Source: the human T2T-CHM13v2.0 reference genome, Homo sapiens
Direction: 5' to 3' (one strand)
NCBI RefSeq assembly: GCF_009914755.1
Contig: NC_060931.1
DNA: 64,000 nucleotides
Shown: piece by piece, positions 16,449-30,939 of the stretch
How positions within the stretch are numbered: the stretch's first letter is position 1
Layout: each line of letters starts with the position of its first letter
Made by a program: the position numbers and the translations under genes
Notes under the pieces: generated by a model
Database searches by the model: none
Seen by the model: the letters and a program-made list of their open reading frames with translations, nothing else
What the model was told of the DNA's origin: nothing

Positions 16449-18375
16449 CACAAAAACATTTCTTAGCAGACTGGATAGAATAGACTTTGAAGAGATTCTA
16501 GTGAAGGTGTTTCTTTAAAAATATTAATTATTGTAAAGAAATTATGCATCTGGGAAGACATAGAAGCGTTTTAGCACTATCCACTTTAATGTAATAATCC
16601 TAATCATTTCTTCTATAATCATTGACATATGAGCTGGACCACAAAGTTTAAATGTCCAGATTACTTACGCTTTGTGTGGCAACCTACACAAAGCTTAAAA
16701 CAATTTCATTGACAATAACCATAGAATTGGTTGTAGAAATTATTCCTTCTTAAATGGCTTGGCTTGTTTTAGCCATGATTTAAAGTGATACGTTGGTGAT
16801 ACGCTGTCATCATCAAAAGGTCAAGTATTCTGTTTTGCTGTAATGCAATTATGTGCTCCATGGTGATCCCTGCACTGAATGGCCCCAGGTTGTTCTGGCT
16901 TTTGAGATCTTCTTTCTCCTGAGTCCTACTTTGACAACCACAGACAACCTCTTGGCTGCTGTCAGTTTGCCGGCTTTTAGCAGTAGTTCTTTCTGGTTAT
17001 AATTTTCCGTGGCCTCCAAAATTACACAGTTTAACTTTGCTAGACTTTTGTCTAGAGGAAGCAGCAGCAGGCTCTGAATGGAGGCCCGAGGGACTCTCCT
17101 GCGACTAAAGAATGTGCACTTTCTGTGAATGGGTGTTGGGCTTGTTCCGAACCTCTTTTCACTTGCTTTTGGGTTCTCAGCTGACTTTTGCTTAGTTGAG
17201 GTTGATCTGTAAGTGCCCTTCAGATAATTCAGGTGGAACTGTGCTGCTAGAGAGCTACTGATTTTATGGACAAGCCCTTGACATCAAACTGGAAACCACT
17301 GGTCTATAGAATAAGACTTCAGACTAGAAAGCTAAAGGTCTAGATGTACTTGCTAGAACTTGCATAGCTTCTCTGAAATTTGGAGGAAAATGCCCTCCTC
17401 CAGCCTAGTTTAGTTTTCTGGATAAAGGGCTATATTAATATTGGAAAATTATAAAAGTTAATGCCTGATTTGAAGGGTTAATAATAATTTAGGCAAAGTA
17501 GTGGCAGCATTTGCCAATGGAAAAAAATGGATACATTTTGGAAAAAAAGGGACTTTTCTTGGTAAGTTAATTTTTTTCTTTTGAGGGACAGAAGGCAAGG
17601 AGAGGCTTTCTGATAAAAAGTCATCATTTGAAATGGTTGCATGGATGCAATGTGCTGCTACTGTAATATGCAGTGTCACTGGAAACTAATCTCTTTATTG
17701 ATTTTTTTTTCCCTGTGAACTTGCTGACAGCAAAAGATTAGGTCTAGAGAAATAGTTGTAGTTCAAATTCTATTTGAAAATATTTAGAATTTAAACTGAC
17801 CTTTACAAGAGAAAGGGCTGCAGGGAGTGGGATTTAAGTGGTTAGGGACAGAGCACCATATGAAGGGTGAGGTTGAGGGGAAAGCCTTTCTAATGCCAGT
17901 GTCAGAGCAGGCCATCCTGGACAAGTGTCCTCTGTCCCGAGGGCCATGGGAGAGCCCAGGGCCAGGCTGACCCTTGGCCACACTGCAAAGAAGATGAAGT
18001 TTGATTTTGTCCCATTTAGTCCTTAATGCACTTTACTCTCCCTTCTGTAGCCTTCTCCCACAACTCCTCTGTCTCTCCTGGCCTCGCCGGTTTGTCCAAA
18101 GCTCCAACTGTCTACTCTTCTCAGGCCCTCACACTTTCAGTGCCCCATGCTCCCAAACCACCTCCATCACGTCTTCCATCTCAGCCCATTTTTAAGAGGA
18201 AAGCAATTTAATTAAACCAACTTAAGATGTAAATGGCTGGTGGTCCATAACTCTCCGTGACACAGTATAGAGAGAAATGGTGTTTTTCTTTGTGCTTATC
18301 ATCGATATGTCAAAATGGTAGAGGGGGAGAATTGATGGCCGTGTTTTAAAAAATTATGAATCTAAAGAAAACACA

Positions 18376-18670
18376 GGCCAGGCGTGGTGGCTCATGCCTA
18401 TAATTCCAGCACAGGCTGAGGCTGGTCGATCACCTGAGGTCAGGAGTTTGAGACCAGCCTGGTCAACATGATGAAAAATGCAAAAAATTAGCCAGGCTTG
18501 GAGGCGGGCACTGTAAATCCTAGCTACTTGGGAGGCTGAGGCAGGAGAATCGCTTGAACCCAGGAGGCGGAGTTTGCAGTGAGCTGAGATCGCACCACTG
18601 CGATCTCCAGCCTGAGAGAGACAGAGAGAGAGCCCATCTCAAAAAAAAAAAAAAAAAAAGAAAGAAAGAA
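18376..18670 (+). mobile_element. Alu (AluS-like) with small internal deletions
   Basis: Dimeric body with A/AAAG tail; TSD-like aaagaaaacaca / aaagaaaatata. Confidence 0.93.
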
Positions 18671-19124
18671 AAAGAAAATATAAATCTACAAATCCATGCA
18701 AAAGTATGTCATTTGTTCCAGCCCTGTCTTCTAGTTTACCTCTGCCCAGAGGCCTCCCTTCCTTTAGTCACTTCATGGGAACAAAATTAATGTTTCACTT
18801 GTAGACTTATTGTATCACATAATTGGGAATATCCAAATTAATACAATGGGTTGTTTTGACATATTATCTTTTTAGTTTTCAATACCACCTTGCTGAGGAC
18901 AGTAGTGTCTCCAAGTTCTCAAATTGTATAATTATCTATTACTTGTGGTTTGACCTAAGACTTGTCTCCTAATTCCTCTGGCACTCAGTTTCCTTATCTG
19001 TGAAATGAGAAATGTAATCAGATATCTCTAAATTCACTTCCACTTGTAAACTTCTAGGTTTTATTGTGCCCTGTCCTCTGTTGTTTCTAAATCCCATTTA
19101 AAAAAGGCTCCATGTAAGGAAAAT

Positions 19125-19212
19125 TCCATCAACATCCATTCATCCATCCTCCTCCCCACCCATCCATCCACCCATCCACCCATCTGTCAATTCATCCATC
19201 CATCTCTCCATT
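19125..19212. repeat. Degenerate (CCAT)n repeat
   Basis: Seen directly. Confidence 0.8.
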
Positions 19213-19521
19213 CCTCATGTGCCAAGTATGATAGTGAACTGCATAGGGTAGCATGGTAAGGATTCAAAAGCCATAGAAGGTATGATCCTTTCTCTGGGGA
19301 ACTTACCTTTCAGTATTTGAGGCAAAATTAGATACATGAAACAGCCAGAGACTAGGAACAAATGCAAGTGTGTGTCATTACAATGATGTGTTCATAAATA
19401 CATCTTCAAATGTATCATTAGATTGTAAGCCCTTTGAGGCCTCAACACACAATAAGTTCTTGACACTTTTGCTAAAACTCATGATAAAGTACATACAGTG
19501 GTAATATACAATACAGGATGA

Positions 19522-19698
19522 CCAGTGTAGACTGGCTGACTGGGGAAGGGTTGATGTAGGCTGGCTAACTAAGGAGAGGCTCAGTGTAGACAGGTTGACT
19601 CTGGAAATAGTTGGTGTAGACCAGTCGATTCTGAAAAGGCTCCATGTAGGCTGACTGTCTCATAAAGGGCTCAGTGTAGGCTGGCTTCCCACAGAGGG
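19522..19698. repeat. Degenerate 30-bp minisatellite, 6 units
   Basis: TGTAG anchors at 19526, 19555, 19585, 19615, 19645 and 19675 (spacing 29,30,30,30,30). Confidence 0.85.
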
Positions 19699-20793
19699 AA
19701 ATATTTGAGATGAGTGGATTGGGAGGTTATATCCTGTGCCCTAGTTCTGCCATTAACATTGCATTTCTTTGCAAATAAATGTAACTTTGTCACTTCAAAT
19801 CTGCAATTAGCATTAACTGTCAATGACAAGACTAGGGTGACAGTGAGTTCGGGTTCACAACCACGAGCTAGGACCAGGAGAGCCACAGCCACATATACTC
19901 CTCTTTTATCTCTGGTCCTTGAATGTTATCATGCTAAACTGCATCCCTTATTTCCTGAAAACTCTTGGTAAGTCTTCCTCCTTGGGTGCTGATCCTGTTC
20001 AGGATCCGCAATCACTTTCTTTAGAATTATGGTGCTACTGGCTGCCCAACTAGGAGGCTCGCCTCAACCCAAAGAGTCCTGCTGCTGGAGTCCACCTACC
20101 AGCTTGGATCCCTTGCCTGTGAACTAATCTAGTTTTCACTAGCGACACTGATATTTAGACTGGGGGTCATTATCATTCAGGCTAGACCTTGAGCTGAGCA
20201 GTCTTTTCACCCAGCCCTGCTCATTCCCAGTGCACACCCTTTCCTATTGGCTTACTTTTGAAGTTCTCATGCCTTGAAACTAGACCTATGAGAATATGAC
20301 ACAGGGAAAGATTTTGGGGGCCTGGACAGTCAGGGGTCTGGAACCAGGTAAGTGTCCTGGGCACTGGGGGAACTCATGCATGCTCGCCGGGCAGCAGCCT
20401 CAGGCCACCACGATTGAGAAGGCCTGCATAACTAAGGACATGTTGTGTGCAGCCAGGAAACTCTTTAGACTCTTCCTACTGGGTCCAAGAGGGTGGGGCC
20501 AACAGCCCTGGTCCTTGACTTGTGTGTCAAGAAGTTATTGTGTGTTAAGGTCTCAAACTTATTATACTGGCTTGTTATACTGGTCATCCCTGTATTGTAT
20601 ATTCCCCTTATATGTATTTAAACATGAGTTTTAACAAACATATGTCAAGAATTTATTGTGTGTTAAAGCCTCAAACAGTCCAGTTCTAGGGCACAGTCCA
20701 TCTGGAATCACACAGGTAAGAGAAGAGAAGTGGGTCACCTGGCCGGAAAGAATTAGTAAGGGAAACAGAAGAGTTGATAGGGACATTGGGTTT

Positions 20794-21137
20794 TGATATG
20801 GCTTGGCTGTGTCCCCACCCAAATCTCACCTTGAACTGTAGTAATCCCCACTGTCAAGGGTGGGGCCAGGTGGAGATAATTGAATCGTGGGGCGGTTTCT
20901 CCCATACTGTTCTTGTGGTGGTGAATAACGCTCATGAGATCTGATGGTTTTGTAAATGGGAGTTCCCCTGCACAAGCTCTCTTTTCCCTGAGCCACGTAA
21001 GATGTGCCTTTGCTTCTCCTTTGCCTTCCACCGTTTCCTTAGCCATGCTGAACTGTGAATCCATTCAGCCTCTTTCCCTTATAAATTACCCAGTCTCGAG
21101 TATGTGTTTATTAGCACTGTGAGAACGAACTAATACA
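20794..21137 (+). mobile_element. THE1-family MaLR solo LTR
   Basis: tgatatggcttggctgtgtccccacccaaatctc...ctaataca; 5-bp TSD ggttt/gcttt. Confidence 0.92.
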
Positions 21138-23178
21138 GCTTTGAATAGTCAACATGTTGAAATGATGTTCATCAGACATTGAAGTAAGTATGTCAAAGTC
21201 CTGAATTTTGTCACTAATCAGACCTTTTTACTGGAGAATCATATGTGCTTGAATGAATGAAGTGCACTGCCTTAATGGCTAGTATTCCTGATTATAAAAA
21301 CAATGTTGGCTATACATCCTAACACCTTGTGAGTCAGAGGACCTCAGAGTAAACATTTTGTCCTTGACCTCTTCCAGACCTGAACTCTTTCAGCAGCATG
21401 GGGTTAATAAACCAAGGGTGGGAGGGAACAGCTTGTGATCTTTGGCGGCCTTCACAGCCCACCCTGTCATTAGAATGTTCCCTCTCAAATTCTGGGTCCT
21501 CTGATTTGCCCTTAATTGTTGAAAATGCACAGGAAATTAATTTGGTAAGTGGCAAAAATTAGTGCCCTCTTAAGTCAGACCTTTTCATTCTGCAAACAGC
21601 TGGGTTTGAAATTTTTCTTTGTGTTACCTACAAAAAAGCAGTTACTTATCTGTATTAGAAATGTAAATAAGTATCATTTTCTGATTTCAAACAATTTAGA
21701 GACACCTATTTATATCCTAAACACTGATGTGTTAGTCACCACATAGTTCTTTATGTTTATTAAAGCAACAATTCCTTAGACTTGCCTTCTCTCCTCCTTC
21801 TTCTCATCTTCCTCCTTTTTGCTTCTCCAAATAGATGACATTGTTACCTGCTAAGGCCGAGACTGCATTTTCTTACTTTTCTCAACCCAGCACCTTGTGT
21901 TGTTCATGATACCTAATGACATGAATGATGGATAATTATGAATATGTATATGATTATGATGTTTGAGAAATAAGAGCATTTTCTGGAAGTGACAGGTCCT
22001 GAGCTGAGGAATGTGGGTTTATCCACGTGCTGGTTCATGGTGGAATTAGCCCCGGCATGCGGCCTCCTTGGTGTGCAGGACAGCCAGGTTTGGCCTCAGC
22101 AAAGAAGCATCACGTTCAGACACGATGGAACTGGACCTCTCTGAGGTCAGCCTTCAACCAGTGATGCTTCTTGGAAACTCGTCCCTGCACTTGGTGGGTT
22201 TTTATTAAAGGAGAGACATTCTTTGTGAGTTTTCTTGGGGGATTCCTCTCCTTTGCAGAGTTCCCTGCAGAACAGCACAGGCTATCAGCCATTACCAATG
22301 AGAACAGCAATTGGTTTTAAAGCTTGAGGAAAATATCAGGGCCTAGTAATCTATGTAACATTCTGGAGGCCATATTTCTATTATCTTGAACAATATTTTT
22401 CACAGTTGCTTGGTATTTGTTCACTGGATTTTACCTGATTGATGTGATAGATCTGCAGTTGCTTTATTGTCTTGGATCAGGTTTTAAGCCTGATTTTCAG
22501 TCCTTCCTCCCCCACTGTTACTCTTTAGGGACCCTCAAATTCTTCCCAGTGGGTTCAGAGAGTCCCCAGGAGTGTCTTACGTGTTTCTAAATGCTCTTGA
22601 CTCTAGGCTACCTGGAGGGCTCTGACATTTCCTTCACCCTGTCCTCTCTGCCAGCAAGACCCACACTATGGTCTATTTAGCCCCAACTTTGAGGGTCTCC
22701 TGCCACTCCCCATGTCTTATATGTGGGAGCCTCTGCTCTCCTAGTCAATTTCACCTACTTGTGCTGCCTTGGGTGTGTGGCAATGTCTTGTGGGGACTTT
22801 TGGCTGTGGGCTCTTTGTTTATTTTGTTAAACTTCTCTTCTCTAGGGCTATGACATCAATTCCCAGAGCACGGAGCTTGGGGGAACTCCAAAGCAACACA
22901 TCCCCCTGCATTTGGAATCCCCCTCTCCTCACTATGATCTATTGTCCTTGGACCAAGTTTACACGCAGTGACCCTTTTCTCAGGATGAATATTTTCCTGG
23001 CCGACTCATTGATCCTTGGTACAAATAAACTTCTGGAAGACCCAGAGAGAGGAAAACACAGGTAACCCTGGGACTAGACTTTAGATATTCTGAATTCCAA
23101 TCAGCACTTCTGCTCTAAGCTGCAGCTGCCTTACTGACCCTCTGGACGTGGCCAGACACATCTAAAGCTCAGCGCAGT

Positions 23179-24007
23179 TGAAACGGGAAAAGTTCCCTTG
23201 CACCCCTCGCAGGATGTGCGATGGTGGTGTGGCTCACTTCTTCAGTGCCCTGCTGCTCAAAGCTCTAGGGGAGCATACAGATAGGCAGGCTGTGGGGCTC
23301 CAACCCCACGGCAGTATCTAGGGGTGAATGTTTACAGCTGAAGCCCCAGTGGGCGTGTGTTACAGGGTGCTCTTTAGTTTAGCCGTCCGTAGGTGGCTTG
23401 TGTTAGCTCAATTAGCCTCCTGCCTTATCTCCAGGACAGAGGGCTTTCTGTATCCCAGGTTTCTTGCCTTGGTGTACTGGAAGAATCAGATCACACATGG
23501 GCTTGGAGAATGAGTGCAGGGTTTCACTGAGTGGAAGTAGCTCTCAGCAGATGAGGGAGCCAGAAGGGAGATGGTGTTCCCCTGGAGTCAGGCCGCTCAG
23601 CGGCCTGGGCTCTCCTCCGACTGCCCTGGCCAAACTCCATGTCGTTCAGCAGGTCAGTGGCCTGCTGGCATGTGGGTGCCTGTTGGTGTGCTCCCAACAT
23701 CCCCTCAACGCGCAGCCGCTTGTGTGTTCCTCCACCAATGTGTTTTCTCCTATCTCCAGCTGCTTGTGTCTTCTTCCGCAGATACGTTCCTCTCGACGTC
23801 CAGCTGCTTGTGTGTCTTCTGGCTAGGGTCTCTGGGGTTTTTATAGGCACAGGATGGGGGTGTGGCAGGCCAGGGTCGTCTTGGAAAATGCAGCATTTGG
23901 GCAGACAAACAAAAATGCCAGTCCTCACCTCGGTCCGTGGGGGTGGAGCCCTAACCAGGGACCATGCCCTCCTCTACCCAGCACTTCCCTTCCCCCTTTC
24001 CATATCA
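23179..24007 (-). mobile_element. ERV1 solo LTR, LTR1 (HUERS-P2)-like
   Basis: TG...CA termini with a perfect 4-bp TSD CAGT (23175-23178, 24008-24011). Family assigned from recalled termini tgaaacgggaaaagttcccttg / ccatatca. Confidence 0.8.
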
Positions 24008-25112
24008 CAGTCATGGCTTAGGCTGTTAAGATGTTGCATTCAGGGCTTTTCTGGGGAGCTGATATTAAATGCCTCAATCAGAGACCTGCACAGAGCAGAT
24101 CTCTGTAGATGAACTTAATTGTGATATTAATGTGGACTTTGGTCCTTGATCGGCTCCTCCTGAGAATTCTCTCCTTTTGAAACTTCAATTTCTTGAAACC
24201 TTCTAGATCCTTAGTAACTTACCACCTTTCCTGCCCACTGTGACTTGATACTATAAAAAAGAAAAATGGGGTTTGGGTAGGGGTGTGTATGTGTTAGGGT
24301 GGAGAGAAAGCCATTATCAACTTGTAGCAGGTTCAGTGTATAGTTAAAGAGTCAAGGTCATGGATAGGAAACCAGAGCTAATCCTAGAAGGTCCAGTGGG
24401 TGCCAAGAACCAAGCAGGTGGTGCCAATAGCCCTGGTCCAGAGAGGGAGTTGTGTTTTGAAAGTTGGATGCATTTTTAGGGTACCAAGTCTGTTTGGTTT
24501 GACATCAGGAAACCCACAAAGATTATGTGAAGTAAAGAGGGTGGATTTGCATGGCATGCCTGGCAGGGGTGTAAACTGCAGCAGCCCCATCCTGCCCTTC
24601 CTCTCGGGGCCTCTGCTCCTCCTTCCCCATCCGCTGTCTCTACTTAGCTTCTTCCTTGTCCATCTCCCTCCTGCCTTAACCTACATTTTATTTATTTCAT
24701 TTTATTGATGTTGTTTGTTTTCCTTGACACCAGCTTAATCTTATAGTCCCCTCTTCACTTCAGCTGCATTCTTTCAGTGTTTCTGGCATCATCTTCACTT
24801 GAGAGAGGATTTGATCAGCCTCGTTCAACATCTTGTGCTGGGCCATATGGCATGGGTGGCCAAGGCATGCTTCTCTAGTTTCTAGGGGATGGAACTGTGA
24901 AAACTGTTATGTGAGTGGGTCTCTTGATTCCCAGGGACGGTGAGTAGCCCCACCAGTGGCTACTAACAATGTGGCTGCCTTTTCACCAGGGCTGTTGGCC
25001 CTGCAGTGTCTTAGGGGTCACCTGGTATCTGGCACAGTGGAGCAGCACAAATCCATGTGGATGGCACAGAGCCTGTTTCTCCTAGAGAAGCTTCTTTGAG
25101 ATGATGCTTTTT

Positions 25113-26318
<1,206 letters not shown>

Positions 26319-26436
26319 TTAAAGTGACTTTCAGTATATCAATCTCTTTAGCTCCTGTGTTGTGTGTAATGGCTAAACCCACATCTTCACACGCCCGAAC
26401 TCATTGGATCATCACAACCACCCCTTGAAGTAGGTA

Positions 26437-26637
26437 TGGGTTGAGCATCCCTAATCCAAAAATGCAAAAATCTGAAATTATCCAAAATCTGAAGACACTC
26501 AAAGGAAATGCTCATTGGAGCATTTCAGGTTTTGGATTTTTGGATTAGGAAGGCTCAATGGTGAGTATAATGCAAGTGTTTCAAAAATCTGAAAAGATCC
26601 AAAATCCAAAACACTTCCTGTGCAAATACTCAACTTG
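26437..26637. mobile_element. Tigger4/MER46-type MITE inserted in a MIR
   Basis: TIR-like ggttgagcatccctaatccaaaa...atactcaacttg; MIR sequence continues on both sides. Confidence 0.75.
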
Positions 26638-28265
26638 CGTAACTGCTCTTATTGGATGTAGGACGAAACTGAGTCAGCAAGAAGTCAAGAGACTTGCCCA
26701 GTTATACACAATGAGCAAGTGAGAGACAGATCTAGCTTCCTGACTTCCAGTCCCAAACTTTTTTCCTGTATGTTCTACATCTGTATTCAGGCCTTGTGCT
26801 TCCCTAGGTGTTGTGAGGAGATAAAACAGAAATAAGCTTACATTCTAGTTAGGATAAGCTGCAAACAACATCCATTAAGACAGTCATTTGAGAGCTGATT
26901 GCTCTGTGCTGGTGATTGTGACCTTGAGGTACTCACACGAGAGGACACACAAAAATTACAGGCTGCTTTGCAAAGTCTGGGATGCACTGCGGATTGAAGA
27001 TAAGCCTGGAGAGAATCAAGGTCACAGACTTACCCAAACCTGAGAAACCCTGAAAAGAGCCAGCGTTATTCATTGGTAATGCTGAGCTAGAAGGTGTCCC
27101 TGAATCCAGCCGCCTGAGGAAGGTCCAAGGCCACATGGCCTGATGCTGAATTAGTTGACAAGGAATCAGGCCCAAACCGAGGAGGTCACAGTGTCCTTTG
27201 GAAAGACAGAGTGGTGGAGCCAGTGTAGCTCTGAAGGTCTACAATGAAGCCATGTTTCATCTTTCAGACAGCTGTGGTACCTGGACATCATAAGAGGCTT
27301 TCTGAGCTGTTTGAATATAACCCAGAATGAACATCAAATGACAAAAGAGAATCCCTCACTGCATTGTGCTAGAATGTAGCCAGAGGGAAAGACTTGAAGG
27401 CCTGTTTCCAAGAGCAAAGCTCTAATGGATTGGCCACGTGAAGCATTGAGTGAAGGCAGAACTTTCCCATGCAGTGGCTGCAGGGGCATCCAGAGTAGAG
27501 GAAACCCTTCCAGGGCACTCTGGTGTCAGGAATGAATAGCTGAGCCTGGCCTGTGGGCCGATGCTGGTGGGCGGGCAGATAGCAGATGGGCAGAGCAGCA
27601 GGAATGTAAGGGCAGCTTGTAGACTATTGGGTCAATTCCTAGGTCTGGCAGCCAGGGACCAAGCCTCTGAAGTTCATCTGAGGCCAGGAATCCAGAAGGT
27701 GGAGTCCTCAGCTTAGGGAAACTGGTGACTGAAGCGGTCATCACAGTCAGGCCCTGGTCATGGGAGAATAAAGCAGAGGCCCAGTTACCCAGTCTGGTAT
27801 ATAAGGTCAGGGCGACTGGTATACAAGGTCAGGGCAGAGTTCGTGGTGGCAGTGACAGAGCTGGCTCCCACATCAGCATGAGCAGCATCCTGACTGTGTC
27901 GGCCATTCTAATGTCTCTCTAGGAAAGGTCAGCCCTGCCTTGGAGTTTAGAGAGGGGTGGCCAAAGTTGTGGGGAGAGGAGGGCTCTGAGTACCAGAAAC
28001 TGGATGGTCTCGACCAAGAACCACCAGGGCTGCTGGGCCCTGTGTAGCTGTGCGTGTGGAACCCTGAAGGGCAGGGCTCAGAGTCTGAGGTTCAGAGAGG
28101 GGAATTGGCCATCCCCACATCATCCTGGGCAGAGCTGAAACAGACCCATATTCTTTTTTATGATTTTAACTTCACCTTGTTTTGTTTTTTAGCATTATAA
28201 TCAACATTTAAAAAATAGGCAATACATTCACATGGTTTAATGTCTTAAAAGCATAAAAGGATAAA

Positions 28266-28936
<671 letters not shown>

Positions 28937-29108
28937 TACAAGCAGTGTTTCTTTCCCTCTCATTTTCGCAAACTCCCAAGTATCCTTCTGTAGACAACCA
29001 ATATTACTAGTTTGCATCCAGAGATGTTTTATGCATAGGCAAGCATATACCTATTCATCTATATTTATATTTGTCACCTCTTTCCCTTTTTTTTACATAA
29101 ATGTGGTA

Positions 29109-29302
29109 TACTGAGTCCTCACTTAACATCGTCAATAGGTTCTTGGAAACTGCAATTTTAAGTGAAGCAACATACATCAGGTCCTTGAATAACATTGTTT
29201 CATTATAATACTGATGAGAAAAAATAACTGGTTTCATTATACATCATTTCGCTTAAAGCCAGTTTCCAGGAGCCTATCAATGACATTAAGTAAGAACTTA
29301 TC
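29109..29302. mobile_element. MER6-like (MER6B) Tigger MITE
   Basis: Inverted ends agtcctcacttaacatcgtcaataggttcttggaaactg ... cagtttccaggagcctatcaatgacattaagtaagaact. Confidence 0.7.
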
Positions 29303-30668
29303 GTATATATTACACCTTGCTTATTTTCATTTAGTTTATCTGGTAAGGCTTTCCATATCAGTTTCTAAAGCGTCTTGTCTATTTTTAAGTGGCTGTATTG
29401 CCTTCCATTGCATGCATGTACCATAATTTATTCATTCTCCTATTGATGGAAATTTAGGTTGCTCTTATGAGCAAAGTGGCAATGAATAACCTTGTACATC
29501 TGTCATTTCACACCTGTGAAACATCTCTTGGAGAAATTACTAACTGTGGAATTTCTGGGTCAAATTGAGGCTTTGTAATTTTGAGAGATCCTGATGGATT
29601 GCCCTCTAGAGAGGCTGAACAAATTTATGAAATTTACACTCCAACGGCCACTCACGACAGTGTCTGGTTCTCCACATCTCACCACTGCCATCAACCTTGC
29701 TTCCGGGCCTTGGCCAGAATGATAGTTACAAATGGCATTCAGTGTAGATTTAATCTGTAGCTGTCTTATTTTGAGTGCTCTTGAGTATCTTTTCATATGT
29801 TTAAGTAACATTTGTATTTTCATGAACTTTCTGTTCATATCTTTTGCTCATTTTTAAATTGTATTGGTTGATCTTTTTCTTATCAGTTGTAGGTGCTTTT
29901 TTAATCTTTGCAGCAAATGAGTTCTTTGTGATGTGAGTTGCAAGTACTCCTCTTAGTTTGTTTTTTGATTTTGCTTATGGTAGGTTTTGCTATGTGAAAT
30001 TTTGTATTTTTACGTATTCAAATTTATCAGTATTTTCTTTTTTGGATTTTGGGTTATAGTTACAAAGGCTTTCTTTCTTTTGGGCTATAAAAAGGTTTTA
30101 ATCCTGTTTTCTTCCAATGCTTTGTGACTTAAATTTTTCCAAACAAATATTTGATCCATTGGGAATTTACCCTGGTTTAAGGTGCAAGGTGTGCCTTCAA
30201 TTTTATCTTATTTTTCCCAGAGGGCTATCCAGTTTACTGAATATCATTTATTAAATAAACCATCATTTCCCTTACTGATTTGAGATGCCACTATTACTAT
30301 ATAGTAAATTCCCATATTTTAAATTGAGCTGGATTTTCTGAATTCTGGCCCAGTTCTTCTATCACCTAGGCAACAGAGAGAGGCAGAGCCCTACTGGGAA
30401 AGAAGCACCAAGTAGCTATAGAGAGAGGACAGGCAGAGGGCTCCAGGTCTGCAGGGAGTGACCAAGATCAGCAGAGACACCAGAGGTTAGATAAGGACCG
30501 TCAGGGTGTGGAGGGGGAGATAGGCCATGTACCTGGGGAAGGGAGAGGTGGGGGTGGCTGGTCCAGCAGAAAAAAGCACCAAGGCAGATGTTCCAGGAGC
30601 TAACTGGGAGCTGCTACAACTTGGGTTGAGAGATGGGAAGGAATGGGGACTCTCCATGCAGCGGTCTT

Positions 30669-30939
30669 TTTTTTTTTTTTGAGACAGAGTCTCACTCTGT
30701 CGCCCAGGCTGGAGTGCAGTGGGGCGATCTTGGCTCGTTGCCAAGCTCTTGCCCCAGCCTCCCGAATAGCTGCGACTACAGGCGCTTGCCACCACACCCG
30801 ACTAATTTTTTGTATTTGTAGTAGAGATGGGGTTTCACCATGTTAGCCAGGATGGTCTCGATCTTCTGACCTTAGGTGATCCACCCAGCTCAGCCTCCCA
30901 AAGTGCTGGGATTACAGGCGTGAGCCACTGTGCCCAGCC
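30669..30939 (-). mobile_element. Alu with an internal deletion and mixed AluY/AluS diagnostics
   Basis: TSD agcggtctt / agtggtctt. Confidence 0.93.

Noticed and set aside
19522-19698. CRISPR-like array
   Set aside because: Primate intron; units are diverged tandem copies without unique spacers or cas genes.
23328-24112. Cluster of overlapping 90-157 aa ORFs
   Set aside because: Lie within a GC-rich solo LTR; no recognisable protein.
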